64,000 nucleotides of DNA from Antedon mediterranea (Eukaryota; Animalia; Echinodermata): positions 1,178,001-1,242,000 of the forward strand of contig NC_092671.1 of assembly GCF_964355755.1 (NCBI RefSeq), read 5' to 3'. The notes below the pieces were generated by a model. It searched no databases. It saw nothing but the letters and a program-made list of their open reading frames with translations, and was not told the origin of the DNA. Both the position numbers and the translations under genes were made by a program. This document shows positions 40,501 to 52,500 of the stretch, one piece after another. The first letter of the stretch is position 1. Each line of letters starts with the position of its first letter.

Positions 40501-43500
40501 CCTGTTGACGAAAGTTCACATAGTCTGGTCTGTCTTCATCTAATACCTGATCATTGTACACACTGCTAAAGAGCAGACTCAGGCTGGTTACGTTGTCATC
40601 ATCTTCATCTTCTGATAGTTGCGAGTTGGGTGTCTGAGAACCTGTTGTATCGTTGCTTCCAAGTTGTTCACATATCCCAGCTACTATCCTCAAATGGTCA
40701 CCATATATTTTCCAGAATGATTTTTTATCCATTCCACAGGCATGGCTTCTATTAACATCAAAAGAAAAAAAGGTGTATTTAAACTACAATATAGTAACCA
40801 GTTAAATATAAGTATTTTAAATAGATGTATAAATAACTATGAACTAAAGCCCTATATTTACAGTGATCATTCTATTGTGAAAACGTATTCACTTTTATAC
40901 ATTACAATTTCATTTTAGGTTAAATTCAAGATAAATTACGAACCTGATAAGTTCCATTACTGGTTCCCATAGTAACCGAAAGTTGACATATAACATACTG
41001 ACCAAGTAAAGAAGAGGCACCTACAGAAAAAAAAAAGATTAAAAAAATCCTCCTCATCGTATGACATCATCAACATCCCATATGACATCATTAACATCAC
41101 ATACTGTATGACATCATTAACATCCCATATGACATCATCAACATCCCACATGACATCAACATCTCATCATGACATCATCATTCCATATGGCATCATCAGC
41201 ATTCCATATGGCATTATCATCATTCCACATGACATCATCAGCATTCCACATGACATCATCAACATCCCACATGACATCATCAACATCCCATATGACATCA
41301 TAAATCACTATAATCTTAATCCTTATCTCTCACCAACCATCGCCATCAAATTAATATTTAAGTATAATCTAAATTCACACACTTAATGTAATGTTACAAG
41401 CAGAAGTAATGTCTTACTTCATGTAGATTGGATTCTTTAGGAATGTTATACTGTACAACATTATAGTCAAGATGCTGTAGACACTTGAGTTTTTCTCTGT
41501 AATCTGCTAATGTAACTGGTACCATCTCAGCTCTAAGACAAAGTCTAAAAATACCAACTTGCTCAACCGACTGAAAAAAAATATTTCATTTGATTCAGTC
41601 TTTAAAATAAGAAAATAATACGACAGGTTTATAGGAAACCGTATTCACCATTCACACTAAGGCTAAGAGAAACACTTACCCTTAAAATTAAAAACAATCT
41701 GCTATCTAAGTAAATACAATTTAAGGGAAATGCTTAATATTTAAGGGAAATATCTCACTTAAGTTTGATTGGTGATAGACTTGCTTATCCACCTTGGACA
41801 CATTTCGTCAGGAGATGTTCCTCATAAGTTTTAAAAACAGTATTTAAAGCAATTAGTTTAGTAGTCTAATCAATGACTTTACTTTGACCAGCACGATCAC
41901 TTTACTTTGACAAGCATGATCACTTTACTTTGACCAGCATGATCACTTTACTTTGACCAGCACAATCACTTTACTTTGACCAGCACGATCACTAAGCAAG
42001 AATACACCCATGTAACAAGATTGTGAAGGCAGGGGGCGATACCAATTTCCCAAAAAATAAATTTGTAAATTATTAATTCTGTACTCACCACTTTGTCTTC
42101 TAAAGTTGGTAGATCTAACAGGAATGTTGACAGAATGTGTAAACTTAAAAGACGAACCTGAAAATAAACAAAACATAAAATTAATTGATTTAAAATTGAG
42201 ATGTTAATCTTATTTAATTATTTTTAAAAATTTGAAATCTTATAGTAATAACACATTGGAAATTAAATCAATATAACTTTATAACTGAGAGGTTTTTTTT
42301 GAGAACTAAGTAAAGTTTTGTGTAAATACTGAATTACCTTGTTAAATGGAGATGATAAATTCTTTTTTATCAAAGGATAGACTTCATCCAATGAGATATT
42401 GGATTCTGTACTTGTCTTATCTTTTGAATTCAGTTTAAAATATATATCACCAACTAGCAATGCATGTTGATTCTCTGGAAATTTTCTTTAAAAATTAAAA
42501 AAATACATATAACATTAGTAACATTTTTTAAAACAATTAAAATACTGAATGTGAATAAATAAAAATGTTATTTGTTTAACCCATTGACCCCTAAGTTTAT
42601 TTTGCTCCCCTGGGACCTAAAAAGCATATGTCGCATAATTAACTGGTACTCCAAAACATATTTCCAATATCTTTTATGGCACTTCAAATTATTACATATG
42701 TGATTATAAAATACCTTAGAAGATCCATAATAAAAGAGGAGGATAGAAAGTGTCTAATGTCTGCAGTATCGTAGGTAACACACAGATCCAACACGACATG
42801 ACTTAACATCAATAGCACCTTAGCTGATAATGAAGCTGTAGAACAAACAATGTTGTTAATCTCTATCTATTATTATCTTTATATCTATTTGTTCTTTATA
42901 CTGACCATAGGGCCCAGTACAGGACCATGGTAAGCACAGCAAGGCAGACGATTTTCCTACTCTTTTTGCATAGTGCACAAAGTTCTTTATTGTGGACATG
43001 TACAACGTATGTACACAGCTTGAGAGTAAATTATTTTGCCTCGGATACAAGCAATAGGCAGACAAGTTTAGAACCCATAATATGGTAGTCCGGTATCTCA
43101 TTGTACCATACTAAGAAATGTACCACACACTTAAGGACGTAGATTACCTTCTAAATTGGGTAGTAGTTGTGTTAACTTGTTTAATATGTTTCCCAAAACA
43201 ACTTTGCACTTTGCTTTGTCCATCGGTCTGAAAATAAAATCAAGACAGTGTTGACGTTACAACATATAACCCAATAACGCTAAAACTCAATTTCGGTAAA
43301 AAATGATACATACCTGACATGAGGAACACAGCATAGTCCAGCCCACAGCCTAGCTTGATTAGACTCCAAGGAGATGTCATTAGACTCTTCATCCAGCAGT
43401 GACAAAATATATTCTGGTATAGACGTCGATAATTTACTCTTATTTCTGCAAAATTGACATTCTGATTTAGTACTACAAAAGGATTTTATTTATTCATTTT

Positions 43501-46500
43501 AATATTCCAAAGCAAGTTAAATTTACTATAATATTGTAAAGATCACAAATACTTAATTTCAATTAAGATTTCCAAACCTTTTTTGCAGAGCTATGTTGAA
43601 ATCTAAATGATACGGTTGATAAGAAGTCAATTGTGATGCATCAGTAATCAGAGGTCGTCTAATGTTTATCAGATGGGCCAATGATTCAAGAACATCTTCC
43701 CTGGCTTCTTTATCATTGGTCAACATACACGAATGGCAGATATCAAGAAAACGAGGCAAAACATCCTAAAAAGTAAATGTGATATTGTGGTTAGCTTTGA
43801 GGTAGTCACCTAACACATTTAACGGTCAAGAATATAAAAAAAAAATGTTTACCTTATCGAAAAAAGTTTCCTCATAAAGACTAGCAACAAAAGAAAACAC
43901 CTGCTTTCTAGTGAATTTGCCTTTCAATACCTAAACAAATACATAAAATAGAAGTTATGTCAACTACAGTATTGAAGTAGGACCTTTCTTGTCTGGGGAT
44001 GGTATCCATATAAGGAAGGCTAGTATCCATATAAGGAAGGCTAGTATCCATATAAGGAAGGCTAGTATCCATATAAGGAAGGCTAGTATCCATATAATGA
44101 AGGCTAGTATCCATATAAGGAAGGCTAGTATCCATATAAGGAAGGCTAGTATCCATATCAGGAAGACTAGTATCCAAGAATGGCTGGTATTACATATAAG
44201 GAAGGCTAGTATACATATAAGGAAGGCTAGTATCCATATAAGGAAGGCTAGTATCCATATAAGGAAGGCTAGTATCCATATAAGGAAGGCTAGTATCCAA
44301 GAATGGCTGGTATTACATATAAGGAAGGCTAGTATCCATATAAGGAAGGCTAGTATCCATATCAGGAAGACTAGTATCCAAGAATGGCTGGTATTACATA
44401 TAAGGAATTCTAGTATCCATATAAGGAATACTGCTAAACTAAATTATTACTACAGTCTAATAAGTAAAAAAATAACATTACATATCTTACCAAGTTTATC
44501 AGCATGGAATTTTGATGAAGAGTTAGGTTACACCTGGGAGCACACAAAAGGTCAGAGGTTATATTAAGGATGATGTCACTGTGACTACTGGAAGCAAATG
44601 GGCCAGACAATATCTTTTCTAAAAGCTACAAGGAAAACAAAGAATAAATTAAACTATTATCACAGTTTCTTTCTATTTTTTCACTTATGCAAATATAAAA
44701 CAAATTACAAACGTAATTTTTACCTTGACTAGTTTTTCAGGCGATATAATTAACCCTCCACCCCCTCTTTTGATCAATTGTTGGAAGAGCTGCAGCAGAC
44801 GATTCATCTGATCTATGACGGCTTCATTCTTAGTTACTTGCACACTTTCATGAACTTTGTAAATTTCACTCTATACAAAAACAAAATTTTACATTTGCTT
44901 ATAACTTTGCAATAAAATGACATATGATAATAATATTGACAAAGCTGATGATGATCACAATGATTTAGATAATGATGAAAACATGTTAGTAACTTACCTG
45001 GAAGCATTCCCAGACAACCTGAATGTTCTCCTTATTTGTGTATTCTAACATGTTATTCAACATGTGTGATAAAGCTTGGTAAACGAGATGACTGGGTAGC
45101 CTACATGATTCATCTTCACTGGGTCCTAACTTGTGCAACATCAAAGGTAACACCTTAAATAATGATGATACAGACATTCATTAAGAATTGAAACATTAGG
45201 TTCACATAACATCATTAAGTAAAAATGTAAACATCATGGACAAATGAGTTACTTATTTCTCTATGATGTAAATAAAGAAGAAATCCTACCTTTTCTGTAC
45301 AGGAGTGAAATTGTTTCACGACTCCTTTAATCATTTCAAACAATAGCTGACCTAAACCGGCACAAAGCTGAAAAACAAGGTAAGAAATCCAACAGAATAA
45401 AAGTTAGAAACTGTAAACTACTGTTTCAAAATAGACAGAAATAAAAACACAAAGCTGAGAAATAAAACAGGGATAACACAGTAAATGTATTGTTAGGGTA
45501 TCTAGACATCTCTGTGGGTGACTGGTGTGTTGAAACTAGGCTGGATGCAAGATCTTGAAATAAGGTTTAGGCTCAGTGGAAGACTAGAAGGTGGCTATTG
45601 ACAGGCTACGCTATCCAAAAATGTGTCCATACATGGACATGATGATGTCATATCACTACCATATTTGTGCATATCACTACCATATTTGGGCACATCACAC
45701 TAGTTTGATAGTGTAGACAGACCTCAATGCTTAAATCTGAAGTAGAAGATATTATTAACTTACGCCATTATTCTCGTTGAGTTTGCTGAACATGAAGTTG
45801 AACAGGTCACCAGGGTCACGTATCTTGCGCATCAGAAATGAGAAACTTTCAGCTGCAAAGTTGCGTATATGTGCCTTCTGATCTTTTTCTAACAGTGGCT
45901 GATAAATTCTGTAAATGTTTGTACAAAAGGAATTCTTAAAAGGTTGTAAATTTGCAAGACATGTTACTATATAATTTCTATAAATATTCTACAATTATTG
46001 AAGATGGAACATTGTGTGTACACATGAAATACAGGTACTAATTGCAATAAAGATCACTTTAATTGAACTAATATGCAAAGATAGATAGCCTTCTACTATA
46101 TGTAAAACATAGGTAAATCTTCAAGATTGCACACAAACTTACATAAACACATCCTGAATGTCCTTTACAAGATATCGCCAGAGAAACTTGAACAGGTAAG
46201 AGAGACATCGGAACGCACTTTCAAGTATTTCAGTGTCTTGTGTGTTAAGTAGTGACGTAATTATCTCAAAGAATTCATGGAAGTGCCGGTAGAAATCCAT
46301 CTGGAGATCTCGGGCCAACTGAACTACCAAACTATAGACAAAAAAAGACATTAACTATAATAACTATGACTTGGATATTATATAAAGTCTATATTACTTT
46401 TAATTTAAGTACACATACTTACTCTAATAGTTGTTGGTAGGCAAGGCTGTTAATGTTATTCTTGTTACTTTGCATTATTTTGCATTTAAGTACACATACT

Positions 46501-49500
46501 TACTCTAGTAGAGGTTGGTAGGCAAGGCCGTTAATGTTATATGAGTTCCTTTTCATTTAAGTACACATACTTACTCTAGTAGAGGTTGGTAGGCAAGGCT
46601 GTTAATGTTATTCGTATACCTTTGCATTTAAGTACACATACATACTCTAGTAGAGGTTGGTAGGCAAGGCTGTTAATGTTATTTGAGTTCCTTTTCATTT
46701 AAGTACACATACTTACTCTAGTAGAGGTTGGTAGGCAAGGCCGTTAATGTTATTTGAGTTCCTTTTCATTTAAGTACAAATACTTACTCTAGTAGAGGTT
46801 GGTAGGCCAGGCCGTTAATGTTATTTGAGTTCCTTTGCATTTAAGTACACATACATACTCTAGTAGAGGTTGGTAGGCAAGGCTGTTAATGTTATTTGAG
46901 TTCCTTTTCATTTAAGTACACATACTTACTCTAGTAGAGGTTGGTAGGCAAGGCCGTTAATGTTATTTGAGTTCCTTTTCATTTAAGTACAAATACTTAC
47001 TCTAGTAGAGGTTGGTAGGCCAGGCCGTTAATGTTATTTGAGTTCCTTTTCATTTAAGTACACATACTTACTCTAGTAGAGGTTGGTAGGCAAGGCTGTT
47101 AATGTTATTTGAGTTCCTTTGCATTTATGTACACATACTTACTCTAGTAGAGGTTGGTAGGCAAGGCTGTTAATGTTATTTGAGTTCCTTTTCATTTAAG
47201 TACACATACTTACTCTAGTAGAGGTTGGTAGGCCAGGCCGTTAATGTTATTTGAGTTCCTTTTCATTTAAGTACACATACTTACTCTAGTAGAGGTTGGT
47301 AGGCCAGGCTGTTAATGTTATTTGAGTTCCTTTTCATTTAAGTACACATACTTACTCTAGTAGAAGTTGGTAGGCAAGGCTATTAATGTTATTTGAGTTA
47401 CTTTGCATTTAAGTACACATACTTACTCTAGTAGAGGTTGGTAGGCAAGGCTGTTAATGTTATTTGAGTTACTTTTAAGTACACATACTTACTCTAGTAG
47501 AGGTTGGTAGGCAAGGCTATTAATGTTATTTGAGTTCCTTTGCATGTAAGTATACATACTTACCATAGTAGAGGATGGTAGGCAAGGCTGTTAATGTTGT
47601 TTGAGTTACTTTTAAGTACATATACTTACTCTAGTAGAGGTTGGTAGGCAAGGCTGTTCTTAATCTGTAGGTGCTTTTTGAGAGCCTTAACAATGTTATC
47701 TTCATGATGCACCAGTTGGGCATAGCTTTGTACTTGCTTGTTGACTTCAGCAGTGAATGCACCTTTACAATAAAAAGTAACATTTTATTCGCACAAACAG
47801 TAACATGGGATGAAGAGACTATCAGCAAAGTCATCCCCCTGCATATGTCTTGTTTTCTATTGACAAGCAGGCCTCGAATTTGGGGATTTTAGGGGCAAGG
47901 CCATTTGGCCTCCGGTTTTCGTTGATTTGAGGGGCACCAAGGCCAAATGGGAGGGCACCAAGGCCATTTTGTTTTAAATCGAAGGGGCACCAAGGCCAAA
48001 ATTAAAAAATATTTTAATAACTAGGCCAAAATTAAAAAATAGCTTGTTTCCGGTTGAGCGCCCGGGTGGAATTTAAAAAAAAAAAAAATTCTACCCGCAA
48101 ACATTTTTGGGGGGATTTCCCCTATTCATCAGATTGCGTAGTAGTAGTAGTAGGAGAGGACTGTCTAGGCCTACATCTTTTTGTATTTCATATAAATATT
48201 ACGTGTATTTACAATCCATATAAATAAGGTACGATGTTTAGCGTTCACAGTTTACCTTCCTGTGTTGAATGTTTCGTTTAGTTTCAAACAATGCGATCAA
48301 AAAAGGCATGTGAAGCCAGGCCCAACAGGTAAAGACCCTAACAACAGCAAGCACTTAGCAGCACTACGGCGCAGCGGACGGAGAACACAGGGTACAAAAA
48401 CAATTTGTTTGTAGGCCTTAATTACAACTATTCATACACAGAGTGTTAACCACAGTAAAAATCAAGCCAATGACATTATGTTGTAGAATATAAATTATTG
48501 TTATTTTCCGAGTTTCGATTCCTGAAGCTTTTTTGTTAGTATAATCCATATTTATAAGAATTCAAAACACAGAGACGGACACCGACCCCTCTCTCTCTCT
48601 CTCTCTGTTTAGCCTTCTGCACGTGTATTGTGGACTATACCATTTCCTTGAGTTCGGTAAAAAGGCGCTTGTTAATTTAGTGTATGACGTTGTTAAACAA
48701 GATTTTTTCGATGATCTGTCGGCTGGATTAATATTGAGATGGGTGCGATAAAATATAAATATAATATACTTCCAACGATCTTCGGGTTAAGGTACCGGTT
48801 TAACTTTAGTACTAAAAGTGGACACCCCTAATTTTACACGTATAATGGACTACACCATGCAGGAACGCACATGGTATTTTCATATCAGAGGGTGCGTGTG
48901 CATCAAATAGAATTGTTTTCCCAATGTATTGAATCGCGTGTGTTTGATCGGATCGGCGGCGGGAGGATAGGCGGCGCGCTAGGCTAGGAGTGCGTGTAAT
49001 TTTTTTTCAACGAAGGCGGCTAGCTCGATTATTGAGACGGAGGTGGTGCGACTTTAATACTTTCAGTGACCTCCGATCGAGGAACGTTTTTAGCTTTAGC
49101 CTTTATTATTAAAAGTGTACACCCCTGTATTTTAATGTACTATCTATACCGTGATTTACCACGCACGGCGGCCGGAACGATATTGTTTTGGTTACATAAA
49201 TATGTTCGATGTTTTGTCTAAATGCGTCTAGGGAAATCCCCTTGCAACGAAGACAGGCGATAGTTTTGCGTCTCATCCGATATTCTTGACATTATTTTCT
49301 ATCTACTTCAGTGGTTTTTATTGTGGTAAAACTCGGGAAGGGCACTCACGGCCAACGCAAAAAAAAGGGCAGGCCAGTAGTGGCCGTGGGTGCTATTCAT
49401 TTTCGAGGGCATTGAGGCCAACTGGGAGGGCACCGACGGCACTGGCCGCGGTAAAATTCGAGGCCTGGACAAGGTTGAATATACACCTTAATTCCATTGT

Positions 49501-52500
49501 CTTATTGGCACTGGGAACTAGGTGTACCTGGGGTAGCACTAACATTTCATTTTGTTTAGCCATTTGGCGAAAGTCAAAATATTTTTTTTAGTCAAATCAG
49601 TTTATCTATAGCCAAAATGGCTAAAGTCAAATTTTTTTATTTAGCCAAATGAATCGGTTTATAGCCAACATTTAAAATTTTTGAAATATAGTGGTAAAAA
49701 CATTTTAGTCAATTTATCTATGTCAACAGGTCTATACACTGTTCCCTGAACATTTTTGTAAGGCATTGAGATAAAGAACCATGCCTATATTATGCTATAT
49801 CACTGTATGATTAAAACAAGAATATTTCTTACAAAAAACGCTGCTCGCTTATTGTTATTGCTAAGGTCAAGTCTGGGGGTCACTTCATCACGCCTAGATA
49901 CTTCAAGTATCCTATTACAAACAAAAACTTCAATGGACTGTTCTGATAATAATTCAATGATTATCTGACAGCGAATTATATCATGGGACTCATAAATACC
50001 AGAATGCTTTGGGATTTGTCGTTAGACTCTTTTCTCAGCCGTTTTTGGATTCAACAGGTGGTACCAATAAATTATAGTGGAGTTTCCATTTTAACAAAAA
50101 TGTCAAAGTGTAGTACTATAAAGCTGCTTGATTTCATCTAATGAATGAGTCATCTCGTGTGACGTAGCGGGCTAGAGCAGCAGCGTGAAAAAAAATTTTT
50201 TTGTTTTTTATTTACATGATCAAAACAATTGTTCAAATTGTTTTTAATCATACAGCATTTATACAGTTATCAATTTAATAAGAAACATTTTACAGTTTTC
50301 TGAAATCCCCTGAACGCTATGTTACTTTTGTTTTTTACGCTTGGCTGGTCATGGTCATCAGAATCACCGCCGCGCAGCCGGTTAATGTTTTTAAATTGGG
50401 TATGCTCAAGAGGTGCGAAAGTGCAGAACCGCCGGTCTAGGCCTACAAAATTATGTACAACAACGCAACAGTATATCGTATGCTAAAATATTTAGGGAAA
50501 TTCCTAGCAAACGAACACTCGTATCGTTGTTAAACTTAAGATAATATAGGCCAAAGCACAGAGTACACGTTTTTCCATCCCTCAAGGCTGCGCCGAAGCG
50601 TTTCTGTCAGGGCGAGAAATTTATGATTTATCCGATTATTACAGTATTAATTTTACACAACAAAACAGAAGCCGGCGGCCGGCCCCGCTCAGATGCACGT
50701 GTGTGTTCAGCTAAATCCCTGTTAGACTCTCCCATTTCCCGCATGTTGTTTTGTTTACACTGACGCACGAGGGAAGTTTATTAAGGCTAAAATATGAAAC
50801 TACATTAAATTGGAAGACTCTAAAATGCATAACGCATACATTTTTTATTTCGATAAGATTAAGACGTCATTCATCGAAGATACTATAATGTTTCTTTTTA
50901 ATCTGAAAAGTACACCCCTATCGAAAAATAGACAATCCCGGTAATTAGCCGACCGTCGGCTACGTAGTCGATCGTTTGTGCAGCGCACAACACGTGATAG
51001 TTTGGGTAGACTTCATCATCCATGTGTCGTGTAACGCCAGTCTCTCTGTGCAGTCTACCTCTGCTATCTCCATCTTTTAAAAAAACAAAGAGACGCCTGG
51101 TACAACGAAACAAGTTGACGAAAAATGGAGCTTGAAGTAAACAACGTGAAAACGAACAAAATAAATGTTTGGAGATCGACAAATGGACCTTTTAGTTGGA
51201 CTTTATGCTTTCGCCAAAATGATTATTTAATTATCTATTTTATCATATGTCATCGCCAAAATGGCTAAAGTAGCCGTTTTATTTTTCGCCAATCTAGAAA
51301 CGTTTTCGCCCATGGCGACTTGGCGATCGGCCAGTGCGAGCCTAGTGTACAGTCAACTGTGCAGATAGAAAACTTTACATTAGACCCACAGTCAACTGTG
51401 CCGATAAAAAATAATAAATTGCATGCATGGTTGATAGCCACTTCCATAGAAATAAAATCAAGCTGTACACTTACCATAATGCTGAGTACAGTTCAACTCA
51501 GACCACTTGGCTAAGCCTTCAGCAAAGAAAGAATCTGCGTCCTATATTAAAATTTAAAAACAGGTGCTTTTTACTTTTCTTGTTAGATATACTCTATAAT
51601 ATAATCCTTGATGCAATATAATATTTATAAAATAATAATAAAAAATGATATCGTGTGTGTATTTACAAATTACCAGAAGCAGCAGTATCTGCATTTGTTG
51701 TGACGTACTATCTCCCGGAGGTTGTATAGTACAGTAGGTCATACAATTGACAAGTGCATAATATTGTAACTTTATTTGAAAAACAATGGAAACCCAAACA
51801 CCATAGGCCTATTACTATAAGTTGAGAAAATTGCACGTGGAACTAAATAAAAGGGGCATAGAAGCTTTTAGACAACAAAAGTAAATATCAAAAGATAAAA
51901 ATTATTCAAAATACCTCTGGTAATTGCTGTGTACGACTTCCATGTCTGATAACATCGATATTCACTTTAGCCAATCGCTCAGAAAAAGTCTCAAACTGTA
52001 TTAATTGATAAAAGATAAAAAAGTAAACCAAATGATTACGATTGCTAATGAATGAACCTAGCCTAGCTAGACCTAAGCCCTTGATGACAAAAATTTATTT
52101 AATTTTAAGCAAGTTTACAAAACATACAAATCATTTTGCAACAATACAACCACAAGTTAGGCCTATGTAGTTGAGTGGATTACTGTCAAAGCGGCCGCTA
52201 GTTCAATAACGGTAATTTGTATGGAACGCCGTGTGCGCTTTGATTGTTTCGACAGGTTTTCTTTTCTTTGGACGTAAATAACAATCTACATTATTAATAT
52301 TATGTAATTTATTCTCTTTTTTTTACAGATTGAATGTGATACCTTCTTTTAAACGAAATGGCGAATCAATGGTTACTTACTTTAACTGTTCTAAATGATA
52401 TATATGTTTAATAAAGTCGATAAAATACATTGTGGTGTTTGTATTGTATATCAATATAATATACTGTATAATGAGCGAATTATTAAGAATAATATATATA

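Noticed and set aside
39084-44567. Repetitive ORFs (ISLPYLS, HIRKASI, PHDIINI)
   Set aside because: Translations of 21-bp intronic tandem repeats.
52330-52400. Donor-like site (acttac on +) as a candidate UTP20 exon 1
   Set aside because: It lies inside a transposon remnant and has no UTP20-like peptide; 58943-58996 fits in phase and sequence.
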